Source: Amoebidium appalachense (taxonomy: Eukaryota; Protista; Ichthyosporea). From it: 64,000 nucleotides of DNA. The stretch lies in the NCBI GenBank assembly GCA_963693365.1, contig CAVNZM010000016.1, positions 2,281,984 to 2,345,983 of the forward strand, given 5' to 3'. The stretch's first letter is position 1; the number at the start of each line of letters is the position of its first letter. Below are positions 28,971-52,250 of this stretch, piece after piece. The position numbers were made by a program, and so were the translations under genes. The notes beneath the pieces are model-generated. The model saw only the letters and a program-made list of their open reading frames with translations, did no database searches and was not told the origin of the DNA.

Positions 28971-29898
28971 CTAAACTGCAGGTGCCGTCTCCCTTCTTCC
29001 CACATTCGCCCTGGACCTCGGGTACCCAGCCCCCCTCACGGGCCCCACCGTTGCATGAGCCGGGCCAGGGTTCGGCCCCGGACCGCGAGCACCCCCCTGG
29101 TAGTACCCGTGGGGACTCGGGCCGGGCTCCCTCCTGTCCGAACTATCCCACCACCTTTGCTGGGCCTCGCCCCTGTGTCCTTCGTTATTCCCCCTGTAGC
29201 CATCATTCCCTCTGTACCCGTCGTTGTTAACCAGGCCCGGAATCTGACCCAGACCGTTAGGGAACGGGCTGGCCCGCGGGCCGCCAACCGGGCCGCTCAT
29301 GCTCGGGCCGGTTCGCGGGTTGGGTTGGAAGGACCGTGGGGGGATTCGGCCACCCTCCTTTCCTTGATCCCACTCCCTGTCGTATGTGGGTAGCGGTTGG
29401 CTGTTTGACGTGCCGGTCCGCCAATTGCCACCCATCTCCGTATGCCTCTTTCCGAGCCGCTGCGGGCCGGAACCCGACCCAAATCGGTCACCACCTGAAC
29501 CGTACTGCTGCACGCTGTTGTTGTAAGTGGGAGACTCGCTCCTGTTCGGCCTCACTGGTGTCGGGCCTGACCCGTAACCCCTCTGGCCCTGTGAACTCTG
29601 ACCCGACCCGTATTCGAAGAATGTGCTTGGTTGCTGGTCGGGTTGGGGGCTTCCGCTCTTTCTGTTGGGGATTGAATCGAAATTGTCGCTTCCGTTTCTG
29701 CAGACTGAGTGCGTGTTTATGGGCCTGTCGCCGGGCTCGGAGTTACCGCGGGTGCGGTGGGAGGAATAGGGACCCCTGGTAGTGAGAGAGAAACGGTGGT
29801 TAGGAGAAGGGATGGGTGGTAGGGAACGGGGGGTTGGATGGGAGGATGGGAGCAGGGGGGAGGGCAGATGGCGTGTGTGCGTGTGTGCGCGCGCGAGC

Positions 29899-29954
<56 letters not shown>

Positions 29955-30134
29955 ACAGGGCAAAAGAGGTTGTGTGTACGTGCATGTTTGAGCCGTGTGT
30001 GTGAGTATGAGTTTGTATGCCCGTGTATGTGCAGGCACATGTGCTATTGTGTGTATGTGTACGTGTATGTGTGCTATCATCAATGGTGGTGTGGTGGTGG
30101 TGGTAAGTGAATGAGTGTGTGCGCGTGTGTGTGT

Positions 30135-30173
<39 letters not shown>

Positions 30174-30200
30174 CTGAGGGGCTAGAGGACCGTTGTATTT

Positions 30201-30231
<31 letters not shown>

Positions 30232-30268
30232 GGGGGGGGTTCATTTCTTTCTTTCTTTCTTTCTTTTT

Positions 30269-30299
<31 letters not shown>

Positions 30300-31703
30300 G
30301 GGAGGGGGGGAGGGGGGAGGGGGATAAAAGAGAGAGGGTGTGTGCGTACGTGTTGCACTTGTGTGTGTGTGTGTGTGTGTGTGCGTATTTTGGGAGGGTT
30401 GCTTGTTCGTAAACACGCCTCGAGCTCACAGTGTGATTTGTGTATGTGTGTATGTCTGTGCATGTGTGCGTGCGTATGTGCGCGTACACGACTGTCTGTG
30501 TCCGCAAGCGCATGTGTCTCTGTTTTTTCCCCCCTTTTTTCTTTCTTCCCTCCCTCCCCCCCCCCCCCCCCCCCCCTTTTTCTTTTTCACCTCCTGTTTT
30601 CCTTCACAGTGAAATACAACACGTAAAAAACCCCACCTTGAGCTCACAGTGTGGCGTCTACCCAAATCCCTCGCCCCCTCGCTCCTTCCCCCCCTACCAG
30701 CAGGCTGGTCATGCTGTGGGGATGATGACCGGGGGGGTTTTTGCGAGGCCGTGGGGGAGGTCGCGGGGGCTGGAATGGGCTGCGGCCCCGTTGGTTGTGC
30801 TACTGGGTTGACAATGGGCATCCCTGGAGAGGTAGACAAGGGGAGGAGGGGGGTTAGAATGTGTTTTAATGCGTGGGTGTGTGTGTGTGGGGGGGGGGGG
30901 GGGGGGGGGGGGTAGAATGGAATCTACGGGGGTGCAAAGGGATGGGGGTGGGAAGGAGGGGGGGGGGGGGGGGTAGAGTACGAAGCACACATTCGCACCG
31001 GGCAACATGTTGCAGCACATTACACATAAAAACCACACAAAGAGTATGCATAACAAGCAGGGCCATCCTCAAGGAGGGCCTAAATAAGTCGTCCACAGTA
31101 TCCGGGGGATGGGGGGGAGGGGAAGCTAGAATAATTGATAGATTACCCTCCTCCTACCCCCCCCCCCCCCGCAAACACCCTTTTATTTTTTATTTTAATG
31201 TTTTTTTTTTTTTTTTCTTTTGGGGGGGGGGGGGGGGGGGGGGGGAAGGGGGGGGGGAGAAGGGGAAAAAAGGCTCGTGGTGGTCGACAAGGCCTACACG
31301 TGCAACTGGTCTATGTGTTTGTACGCATGACCATGTGTGTGTGTGCGTGGGGTGCGCGCACGCAGTCTGTTGTGTGTGCGAACATGCCACCCTGAGTCGA
31401 ATTGGAGATGTGCGGTGGTGGTGAGGGGAAAGGGTGGGGGTGGGAGGTGGGAATGTGTTACAAAGTGTGAAGTACACATTTGCGACGAACAACAAAAAGC
31501 TGAAGTTGCAGAGCACACACAGATTAAGGACACACAAATTATGGACTATGCAATGAGGGGGGGGGGGGGGGGGTACGTGGGATACACATACACATTCGGA
31601 GTATACCGACATGCAAAGAAGACAAAGTATGCCACGAAATGGCAAAAAAAAAAAAAGAGTTCAAGCGTGCAAGCATGCAAGCAAGCACTGCACGAATGTG
31701 TGT

Positions 31704-31748
<45 letters not shown>

Positions 31749-31885
31749 GAAAGAGACATGTGGACATGCAGTGGGTTAAGGCATACCTCCAGTAATCTTC
31801 TTTTCGAGGTTTGCGAGGAACTTCATGTCTTTATTGTACTTGGCTAGCGCCTCCTTCTCCATCAGCTGCAGAGAGAGAGAGAGAG

Positions 31886-31924
<39 letters not shown>

Positions 31925-32043
31925 CGTCCGTGTGCGTGTACACGCAAGCAAACGTCAGCACGTGCGTTGTGTGTTTCTGTGTTTGCTTGATGGTGTGTAC
32001 GTCTGTATATGTACACCAAGATGTACGTGTGTGTGTGTGTGTG

Positions 32044-32075
<32 letters not shown>

Positions 32076-32343
32076 AGTGTGTGTGTTCGTGCGCACGCGC
32101 ACACTTGTGTTTGCGTAATTGTGTCTGTATGCTTTCATGTGCATGTGTGATTGACGTGTTTGTGTCTGCGTGTATGTGTGTGTGTGTCTGTCTGTCTGTG
32201 TGTGTGTGTGCAAAGTGTCTGTGCGTATGGATGTATAATTTTGCAACATTGTGTGTGCATGCCCATTTTTGTGTGCGTGTGTCACCTGCACCGTGTGTGC
32301 ACCCGCACATATATATGTTTGTGTGTGCATCAGCGTATCTTTG

Positions 32344-32402
<59 letters not shown>

Positions 32403-33038
32403 GCACCCGCACACGTGTGTGTGCATGAGCGTATCTTCACATGTATGTGTGTGTGTGTGCGTACGTGTTGTGTATGTGTGTGTCTGTGTGTGTGCTATTA
32501 TTGGGGGTATAAACACGGGATGGTGGAGGGGAGGGGGGGGGGAGGGGGGGGGTGTTGAAAGACAGTGCACGTGCGACTTAGGGGGCAAGGGGAGGTTTGG
32601 GGGATGAAGGGGGGAAAGGGAGAGGGGGAGGGGGTAGAGAGGGAGATGGGGGTAAGGAATGAGGCCCCCGGGAGAGACAGAGGCAGAGAGAGATAGAGAG
32701 GCAGAGACAGAGAGCGAGAGAATGACAGGCTGGGAGAGGTGGGCGGTTGCACAGTGAGTGTGAAAAACACTTTGGAGAAAGAGAACGAGCAAAGAGCCAA
32801 GGACTACATACCTTGGGATCGAAGGTGCCCTCGGGGGGTTTGTACTCGTTCAGCAAATCCACCCCAGTCTGCAGTTCCTTTGAAAGGTTCTCGCCCACCG
32901 GGCACAGAGTCAGCTTCTTCTTTTCCTTTTTGGGCCGCCTGGCCACCCCGGTTTTCTGTCCCTCCGGAACACCTGGAAAAGTAAAACGGGTAGGTGTCGT
33001 TAACACAATGTCCCGAAGGGACATTAGCATGGGCCGAT

Positions 33039-33072
<34 letters not shown>

Positions 33073-34197
33073 TCAGGGGAAGATAAGGTGGGGCATGGCG
33101 GGTGCACGCTAATTTATATCAAAGAGCGCACCTTTACCATACACAAGCAGCACCGAGGCTGAACACACCTGCACAAGCATGCGCATGCGCGTGCACACAC
33201 ACACATACACCAAAAAAAAAAAAAAAAAAAAAAAAAAAACGAAGGTAAAGAAGAGCAAACACACTCTTCACCGTTATTGTTACGCGATGGCACATGCACA
33301 CCAGCACAGTATTGAAACGAATGTGACAGACAAGCAAAAAAAAAAGACCAGTGAGCACGGTACAAAGGCAAGCGTACAAGTGACCACATGCCCAGACGTG
33401 TCAAAACCGCCAAGCAATCTAACACTAGGCGAGCCGTAGCACAAAGACTGCCACCCTCATTCCTACCAAAACACAAGCTCCTTCACAGTTCCCTCCCCCC
33501 ACCACCTCCACCCTCCTCCCCCTTCTACCCACACCCCCAAACACCACACACTGCACCCATCCACCCACTTGCACCTGAATATACCACGGTTTCTGGGCCG
33601 CACACACCACACACGATTAACTAGTGAACGTCTCGGGCACAACAATACTTCTAAAGCACACCAACACACAAAACCTTACAAAGAGAGCTAGCAGCATGTG
33701 CCTTGGTGGGGATTACAGCACAGCTCCCCTGATCTACAGGAATCTCGGCAGTACACACCTTTCGTCTCCTCGTTGGCAGTGCTGTCCGTCTCCTGCACTT
33801 CCTCCTCGTTCTGGTTGGACCCCTCAACGCTCTCTGTTCCGCCTACCGAGCTTTGATACCCTGACTCAGCATCGTCCCCATCGTTTTCATCTCGGTCCGC
33901 TCCCTCACTAACTCCCTCCCTCACTTTCTCGTCTTCAACCTGCTTTCCTTCTACGGTTTCTGTCTCACCGCCTACTTTGACATGTTCCTCCTTTGACACC
34001 TCCTTGATCTTAAGCTCAACATCAGGAACTACACCTTCGTCTTCTTCTCCTTTTCCCACATGCTCTAGTGCTGGGACAGCGTGCTCTGCTTCCTGCTCTA
34101 CTTTCTCCTGAATGGAGGATGAAGCATTCATCGAAACACCCTTTGTCAGCTCGGGCTCTGCTGACAGAGTGGCTACGGCAGCGTCCATCCTTTCCAT
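28971..34197 (-). CDS. Multi-exon hypothetical protein: acidic N-terminus, basic KKEKKK patch, G/P/R/N-rich disordered C-terminus
   Basis: Exons 34197-33759, 32972-32812, 31865-31787, 30823 to ~30662 and 29775-28971. The first three junctions are phase-consistent GT-AG; the last junction phase is unresolved. The C-terminus has NDGYRG repeats. Confidence 0.72.
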
Positions 34198-36049
34198 TAA
34201 GCAAAACTAACGTGTATGTGGGTCGATAAACACACACGGTAGGTGTATGTGAGGCTGTGTGGATCTTGTCTGTTGGTTTTTCTGGTTTGTCTCCCAGGGA
34301 GAAACAGAACTCGGAGTAGTCCCCAGCTGTTATTCCACCTTAACGTTGGGTGTCTGGCGCAAATGTATATCGTCAGCCTACTAGATTGAACCTCTCTTTG
34401 TTGTTAAAACCATGAATCAAAGGGACATCAATTATAAAAACTAAAAGATGCAGTTGAACAACAAAAATTCATGATTAAAAAACGAAACACCCTTTGATTT
34501 TTGTGGCACTCCCAAAATGGTGATGGTGCCTTTTGTGTCGTCAGCTACGGTCGATTGTGATTGGCTATATTGTATCTGGCGACTGAACTAAAAATAAATA
34601 CACTTCTGTTTGTAAAAAGTAAATTTAAATCAGATTCTGATTGGCTTGTTTTAACGTGTTGTTTTGTTGTCAAGAGATTTGCGGCATATGATCATGCAAA
34701 GAGTTTGGCGATATTGCCCAAGATCTTTCCTGATATATCATGCATGCGTCGGGGCACCGGCCCTCCATAAATGTTTGGGGCCGTGGAGTTGTCATATGAA
34801 TCGGCTTGAGTTGGGAACAAAGTATATGTACATATATAAATATATATAAAGCGCTAAAAATAATCTGTCTTTGTGGATGATGCTGTTTTTCATTAGAATA
34901 TTAGAGCCAGAAGAGGTGATGTTTTTAAAGAATTCAGCATCTTCAACAGCCAATAAAGATAGATCGGCTCAGCAGATCATACTTTTCGATTGGCTGTCAC
35001 AGCAATCGTAGCTTCTCCCAACACTTCGGATTATGGGGCGTGACTTTTCTTGCTCCAGGTCCCTGACCTGACTTGCAAGTTGAATTCAAGTCTTTTCAAG
35101 ATTCATTTGCATCATAAGCAGATTGCACAATATTTGATAATAGCACGCAACATATATAGAATATCGATGATCCGTTTTTTTTTTAAAAAATTTTTTTTTT
35201 TACCAAATGTTCGACCCCTATCAACCCTTTTTTTCTTTAATTGTTTTGTTGCGAAATACAAAGGGTACAATTTACGTGGCCATGGACAGACAAATGAACG
35301 TCACGCTAAACCTTCGAAAGTGTTCAGGTGTCTTAGTATGCAATTGCTACCTTATAATTCATGAAGTTTTTTTCTTTATTGCCTCCTAAGTATGCCGTGC
35401 ATACCTACTTTCCAGAGCTCTCGGCTGAATAAATCCCGCTAAAAGAAAATGACACCGGAGACACGAGCGCCAGGCCCACCAATAGAAGTTTTGGGAGATC
35501 TCAACCGGGCCACATGGGAAACTCACGTTGATTGGTTCCCCTGGAGTATTCTTGATATTCCGCCCATCGATTGGTCAATGTATGAAAAATCATTCGGAGG
35601 CAGGTAGGAGGCGGGGCCGCGGGGTCACGTTATCTCCTCCGTATCCGAGAGTCACTCAGAGGGCTTTTGTATTTTCTTCTCCGAGAAATCTGTGATATCT
35701 CGATGGCTTCTATTTTGCTGAGCATATCAATAAAGTCATTATAAAAAAAGGTCACATGTTTCCCACGAACAAAGAAGAAAGTAAAATTTTCTAAAAAAAA
35801 ATTCTTTCATTCATTCATTCTTTCTTTCATTTTTTGGGGTTTCCCCTTTTTGTTTCTCCTCTCGCTTTTCAATGGTTCTTAGCGAAAGACGCCCATAAGA
35901 ATGGCATAAGAATGAATACTGTGAAACTTTCTCTCCCCCCTTTTTTTTTTGCCCGTTCAAGGGCTTTCTTTGCCAATGATCGAGGGCTCTTCCCCCCCCC
36001 CCCCCCCCCCCCCCTCCCCCTCCCCCCTCCCCCTTCCCCCCCCCCTCCC

Positions 36050-36150
<101 letters not shown>

Positions 36151-36255
36151 CACACACACAAAACTACCCCCCCCCTCCCCCCAACACGCACACACACATG
36201 TGCACACCCACACACACCTACCCAGCAGACGCCTATGTGTAACGCTTCCCTGAAA

Positions 36256-36308
<53 letters not shown>

Positions 36309-36321
36309 CACACGTTCATGC

Positions 36322-37196
36322 ACGTGCAAGAAAGGCACTGCAGTCTGAGTTGAAATATCTTCGGTGGCTTTCGGAATACTCGAACTAGAGGAGGAAACAG
36401 TGGGCAATGCATCATTTTGATGCTGGCCATTGAGTTGTTTTGATAGATTCCTAAAAATGCTATCCCCCAATGCCAATGTATCCGCAACATCTTACCCAGT
36501 TAATAAATTCCAAAAAATTAACCCGTTCTAACTTTTTGGAAAGTTCTGCATGTGACAAACAGTAGTACACCTTGTATCCCTTCAGTATTGCCCCCCCCCC
36601 CCCCCCCCCCCCCCCCTTACTGCTGCAACTTTAACCCCCGGCCTTTCCCACTGCCCTTGCCTGCATAAGCAACCCTGCTCGTCTCTGATCAAGACGGGTG
36701 ACCTACTCATGTTCAAGTGAAACAGTATCTGAGTTGGGTTTCGTTAACGAGGGGAATAGGTCGAAACTCGGGTACTGTGGATGACGTGGGCCCCCCCTGA
36801 GGATGGGCTCTGCTTATTATGCATACTCTTTATGTATGGCTTGCATTCTGCATCGTGTTATCCGTTTGTTCTTGTGTACTTCGTACTTTTTGACGCATTC
36901 AAACCCCCCCCCCCCCCCCCCCCCCTTCCCTCGCTACCCCTAGGATGGGCTGTAAGTTATGATGCATACTCTTCGTGTGCTTTGCATGGTGTAGTCCGTT
37001 ATGGTGTACTCCGTGCTCCCCAACACATTCTTCTCCCCCCCCCTCCCCCCCCCCCCCCCTCCCCCCCCTCCCCGTCTTTCCTCCACCCGTCAAACACACC
37101 CACCCACACACCACCACCACACACACACACACACACCACCACCACCAATTGCATGCAAGTGCCGCATACAACTGTGTGTGTGTGTGTGTGTGTGTA

Positions 37197-37276
<80 letters not shown>

Positions 37277-37463
37277 ACGGGGGAAGGGGGGGGGGGGGGG
37301 GGGGGGGGGGGAGGGAGAGAGAGGGGGGTCGACTGCTTTTTCAGGAATCCTTTAATGTTGATGCAGCATCAAAACGTAAACAATTACATCAAAAATTCCA
37401 TAGTTTGGCCGCCACCCAAGGGCATTTACAGAGGCGGCTGCTAAAAAAAGAAAATAAAAATGA

Positions 37464-37514
<51 letters not shown>

Positions 37515-37804
37515 GATATACATATATATATGATATACACTGTATAGCCTACTGAGAGAGAGAGAGAGAGAGAGAGGGAGACGAAAAAGAAAGAAGAAAA
37601 ACGAAGTAAGGGAAGAAAGAGAAATGAAACTTTACAACCATTTTTTATTAGGGGTGCTTTATGAGGTTCGTTGAACTGAGAACGTAGAATTTCACTGCCG
37701 TTCGGCAAAGCTGCATTCTTCTTTTTCTTAATTTTTCTTTACTTTACTTTTTTTCTTTCTTTTTTTTTTTTTGCAGACAGCGACATACATATTGAGGCTG
37801 ACAT
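36322..37804 (-). CDS. Weak candidate gene (partial exons)
   Basis: Possible phase-1 chain MSASI|SLPNGSEILRSQFNEPHKAPLIKN|DVADTLALGDSIFRNLSKQLNG...VPFLH downstream of an E2F-like site. Acceptors are atypical and the 3' end was not found. Confidence 0.25.
36640..37030 (-). repeat. Copy of modular dispersed repeat (inverted relative to 42194-42380)
   Basis: 36721-36905 is nearly the exact reverse complement of 42194-42380; the extension 36660-36720 matches ~43090-43145 and ~45200-45250. Confidence 0.88.
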
Positions 37805-37962
37805 TGGGGGCAACGAATACTGCAAGTTAAACACATTACCCCGGAAAAGATATCAATCGATATCGGACAACAGCCACAGCTTTGTTCATATACATACATA
37901 TTCAAATATCCATTCACATGTTTTGAATATTCCTACTTTTTTGTTGTTATATAAAAGCCTTT

Positions 37963-37976
37963 TTTTGCGCGCCAAA
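37963..37976. promoter_or_regulatory. E2F-like near-palindromic site TTTTGCGCGCCAAA
   Basis: Reverse strand reads TTTGGCGC (TTTSSCGC consensus); near a CCCGCCC box and CACGTG. The same 14-mer recurs at ~52374. Confidence 0.3.
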
Positions 37977-38160
37977 TTGAAAACATCCCGCCCAAATCTC
38001 TGTATTTGGCTAATCGGGTCGATCGCACGTGAATTAGTGGCCCATGCAAAACATTTCTGAGATTGTGATATTCCTACTTTCTTATATTCCTACTTTTTAT
38101 TTTTATTTTGTCACTTCACATATTTTTGAATAAAATGGGGGTATATACACATATTAACAG

Positions 38161-38292
38161 CTACGTATACTTATCCGGTGTAAGTGCCCTCAAAGTCACG
38201 TGCAGAAATTTATCCTCGAACCAGGTGGACATCCCTGGTAGCTCTCTGTCAACCGCCTCCCGGAATCGCGGCACAGCCGGAATAGGCATTTT
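38161..38292 (-). pseudogene. Duplicated alternative or pseudo terminal exon
   Basis: KMPIPAVPRFREAVDRELPGMSTWFEDKFLHVTLRALTPDKYT*; intact CAG acceptor and frame; 5 amino-acid changes versus the upstream copy. Confidence 0.75.
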
Positions 38293-38434
38293 CTGCCGAA
38301 TAGTTTTGATTATTATTAAGTTTTTTTACCATTAATATTAACTAACTACGGCTAGGGACAGGCGACTTTTTTTATTGTTTTGTCACTCTTCACATATTTT
38401 TGCATAAAATGGGGGTGTATACACATATTAACAG

Positions 38435-47554
<9,120 letters not shown>

Positions 47555-48123
47555 TTTGCTTGTGTGCGTCTATAAGAGATGGTAGCATAAAAAAAAAATA
47601 ACTTGGAAAACAGTAATATATAGAAATAAACGGTACGATAGAAAGATATAAAAACAGTAGTGCAAGATCTTCGAAAAAACCAGCAGTGCAGACGGATTCT
47701 AGTGAAGGTGATGAAAAGGAATATGGATTAATTCAGTAGGTGCACCATTGAAAATCTTCTGTGGTGTTGGGGGGCATATTTACTTCGTTTTGGTGAGCGT
47801 CTATCAACATGGGTAATTAAATCACTATCAATAATCAACAAGAGTAATCAACAACTTGGCAACATGTACATGGGTAGTCAAAATCACTATAGAAGGCACT
47901 ATTTTTCAAGTCAGTAGCCGCTGCACAGCGGCTGCAGCTGGCCGGGCTTTCAAACGGTAGCGGCTGAGGCTCTGAGGGAGAAGGGCGCCCCCCGCGTCGA
48001 CTCAAGCCACCAAGTGTTTCGCATGCTTTTCGCGCGCAACTGACATCTAGCCAATTGCTATCCAACCTCGCACAATTTGGGTAGACACGCATCTGATCAC
48101 GTGACCATGTTCTCGGTGACCAA

Positions 48124-49288
48124 ATCAAAAATGGGACCAAGACAACCATTGGTTCGGTTCGTGTGACGCCAGATTGCCAGATTGCCAGATTTTTTAGGGT
48201 GCCAAATTTTGTTTAAAAAGCCTTCGCCAATTTGCGGTTCGTGTAGCTCGATGATTTTAGCAAAATCTGCGTAAAAATCACGGGGAAAATTCATGTTCGT
48301 GTTCTTCGTCTCGTTTTACATGCAGCCTTTTTCGGTGGCAAGGGGTTTTGTTGACCTTTTATGGGTCTTGTTTTTATGGAAGAGCAACTTTGGAATGCTG
48401 ACGTGCGTATAAAAAGCATTCATTCTACATTCGCTGCTTCTCATATGTAACTGTGTCTTTTTTGTTAGTTTTGCAGACTGTTGAAGGAAGTAACTTTCCG
48501 TGTCCATCTTTCAACCATTTCGTTTCTAAAACATTGGGCGGAGAGAAAGTATAGGACGCATGAGGGCTAGCCTGTTCACATAAAAGTTTTATGGAGCTGT
48601 TTCGGCTTTTTATTGGCCGGGTATTCGAAGGCTTTCTAACGTGTGTAGTTGACAGTTTGACAGGCCGAAAAGAACGCGCTCTTTGCACCATTCTTGCATC
48701 TTTCGGGTTGTTTCCTGTCAAGTACGCTGTCAAGTACACATGCACGCACACACGAAAGCACGCACGCACATACGCACAGACGCGCGGACGCACGGACGCA
48801 CGCACGCACGCACACACACACACACACACACCACATACACACACACACACAAACACACACACACGCACACACACACACACACAGACACACACACACACAC
48901 ACATACACACACACACAAACACGCACACACACACACACGCACACACACACACATACACGTAGTAAGCACGCTCGCACGGACGCACGCACGCACGCACGCA
49001 CCCATCCACCCACACACGCAAGCACGCATGCACGCAGGCAACCAGGTACGCACGCACGCACGCGCGCACACACGCACACACATACCCATACAAAGCGCAC
49101 ATGCACACACACGCACGCGCTCCCACACCCCCACTGGCACACATTCCGACCCACCGACACCCCACACACCCACACACTCCATCCCATACTTGGGTGAGGT
49201 CCCCGTGCTTTCTACACTTGAAAGACCACCACGGAGCTAATCGTAAGGCGAAGGGCCCGGGAGAGGGGAGGGGGGGCATGTAAGTGCG

Positions 49289-49319
<31 letters not shown>

Positions 49320-49321
49320 TT

Positions 49322-49385
<64 letters not shown>

Positions 49386-49409
49386 GCGCACGCACGAGCA
49401 CGCGCGCGC

Positions 49410-49446
<37 letters not shown>

Positions 49447-49468
49447 GTGTGCGTGTGTGTGTGTGTTG

Positions 49469-49506
<38 letters not shown>

Positions 49507-49542
49507 GCGTGTGCGTGTGCGCACGCACGAGCACGCGCGCGC

Positions 49543-49625
<83 letters not shown>

Positions 49626-49629
49626 TCAA

Positions 49630-49678
<49 letters not shown>

Positions 49679-49877
49679 GTGTGTGTCACAGTGTGTGTGT
49701 GTGTGTTGTGTGTGTCACAGTGTGTGTTTGTTTGTGTGTGGTGTGTGTGTGTGTATGTATCGTGTTTGTGTGCGGAAGAGGGGGGGGGGGGGGGGGGGTG
49801 TATGTGTGTGTGCGTGTGTGTGTGTCTGTGTGTGTGTGTGTCTCAGAGTGAGCTTGTGTGTCACAGGCTGTGGCACG

Positions 49878-49933
<56 letters not shown>

Positions 49934-51223
49934 ATGTGTGTGTGCGTGTGTGTGTGTGGGCGGGTGGGTGCCCACATCACGCGTGCACACGTACGAGTGT
50001 TTGTGTATGTGTGCATGCGCGCGCGCGGGCTTGTGTGTGTGTGTGTGTGCTCGCGTGTGCTTATGTGCGCGTGTGCGCGTATTGAAGGGTGTGTGTGTGC
50101 ACGTGTGAGATAAACTAGAGGCCTGTTAGGACAGAGAGAAAGAGACAGAGAGAGAGAGGGACAGGGAGGGAGGGAGAGTCGGAGAGAGAGAGTGTGTGTG
50201 TGTGAATACGTGTGTGTGTGCGCGCGCGTGCACGCATGCGCGCAGGTGGATGTCACGGCGTGTGTGTGTGTATGTGTGCGTGTGTGTTCGTGTGTGCTCG
50301 CGTGCACGCATTAAGGCATGTTGAGTGTGTGGGTGTGTGTGTGCGTGTGTGTGTGTGTGTCTGAGTGTGTCTGTGTGTGTGTGCTGCGCTCGCAAGCTTG
50401 TATGTGGGTGTGTGTGCGGGTTTGGGTTTGCGTGGATGCATGGGTGCACATGTGCGTTTGAGCCTGTGTTGGCATGCATGCATGCTTAGTCAATGAAAGA
50501 TGCACGGAGACAGTGGGAGAGACACAAGGCCAAAAGTGGAATGACTGTGTCTGGCGCATCCTTCCCACAAACGGGACCAAGGCGTTTCCTCGATTTTGGG
50601 ATGGAGTAAAGAGGGTCGAGTTAGGTAGTACGCAGGCGTGTGATCCAGAGCGGTTGAGTTTATGGACGTATAGGCCAAAAATGCGGCGGACTCGTTAGGA
50701 GCAATATAGTAGCCACAACCCGCCGGTGGTGTTCATCTGGGTCGCCCATTTTCCCGTCTCAAGAGAGACCCTACAAGGAAAAGACAAAGGGCAAGGTACA
50801 GACGAGGGCGAAAGAGAGTTATCCGCAAATACAAATAAAAATAAATCAGATGAAAGGAAGAGGGAATCGTCTCTTTTGTCAACACTACGGTTGTGACAGG
50901 TATCGTTTTGTCGTACGCTGTGTCACACGGCCAAGCAGCCTTTGTGGAGGCACCTGCTGATTGGTTACGCTTGCATTCTGGCGGCCTGGGTTACTTAATC
51001 CCTGCACGGCCGTCATCTGGAAACCCCCCCCCCCCCCCCCCCCTTTCTAAAATCCGGCATCTGGAAAGGGGGTGGATAAATTCTGGCATTAATACGAAAT
51101 TTAGTTTTATAATGGCTCGATTTGAATGGCTGAATTTTACCGGTAAAAAAAAATCTGGCAATCTGGCAATCTGGCTTGTCACACGAACCGAACCATTGTC
51201 TTGGTCCCATTCCATTTTTTGAT
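48124..51223. mobile_element. Segment bounded by ~70-bp imperfect inverted repeats (non-autonomous TIR element or two inverted MITE ends)
   Basis: 48124-48195 ATGGGACCAAGACAA..GGTTCGGTTCGTGTGAC..(GCCAGATT)x3 versus its reverse complement at 51147-51223. No transposase inside; no TSD identified. Confidence 0.55.
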
Positions 51224-51546
51224 CATGCGCACGCCCAGACTAGACTCCCAGGGGCCAGTTATAGTCTTTAGTTAAGTCGGTAGTTGGAATGCGTATGCTC
51301 TGTCGGAATGTGTTTTTCTATCCTCTGATAGAACCGATTGGTTCTCCCCCTTTAGTTGTGATAAGCTGATAAGTCGCAAGTACAAAAAGAACCGAGAGCA
51401 CAATAAACTTTGAAGGATCAGTTGTTGTTTGAAATCTTTCAATGTCTCGTGAACAACTCCGATTGCCCTCTCTTTAATGTGTTAGTCGTGTTTTACATGA
51501 CACCTCTGTGCACTCTGCTCCCTTAGACCCGTACAAAACAACACAC

Positions 51547-52250
51547 CTACTGCTCCTGCTCTTTGGTTCTGCGGTGGCGTACAGGCACCCCCTTTTCCAG
51601 GTGCAGCTCGTAGCAGTTGCGATCTGAATTTTTGGAGTACAATGCCACCCCGCACCTGCTGCACATCCAGCTCACCCTGCTGCGCTTGTATCCCTTTTGA
51701 TCCGTGCGCGCGCACATAACACAGTCGAGCCGCTTGCCGGAACCGATAAGCACCGGGTGACAGAGGTTGCTTCGTTTGGCGGTTGTGGTGTTTGTTGACA
51801 GCGATTTTAGTATGCGCGCGCTTTGTTTGCCGGCTTGCAGGAGTGGGTTGTTGAGAAGTTCACCCGCAAGTTTTTCGCGCCACTGCTCGTTTGAAAGTGC
51901 ATTCTTGTCCCCGTCTGCAATGAAATGCTTGTAGGCCCGGTAGGTGTTTACAAACACCATACCAACTAACCCAGCAAAGGTGCGGTGCCAGGGTGTGCGG
52001 GGGACCCATGCCTGCTCGAGTGAACTGTTCCCTTGCCGGAGTTTGTTGTGTACGTCTGCACTGTTGAAATATGTGAAGTATTCGCGCACTGCTTTTGGCA
52101 TGGGCACTTCCTAACTTGTGTTCCGTTTTTTGTGATACGGGGAGCTCCTGCTTCCGTACTTTCTGCCGTCATTACTACACGCATGCTGAAATCCTTATCC
52201 TGCCAACGTATGGCCCGTATACTTCAACCCCCTCCCTCCGTAGTGGTAGT
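51547..52250 (-). pseudogene. piggyBac-type transposase remnant (C-terminal catalytic region plus Cys-rich domain)
   Basis: IRWQDK (frameshifted, ~52200), PKAVREY...NSADVHNKLR, WHRTF...VNTYRAY, WREKLAGELL, CVMC...CSRCGVAL...NCYELH. N-terminal part absent. Confidence 0.85.
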
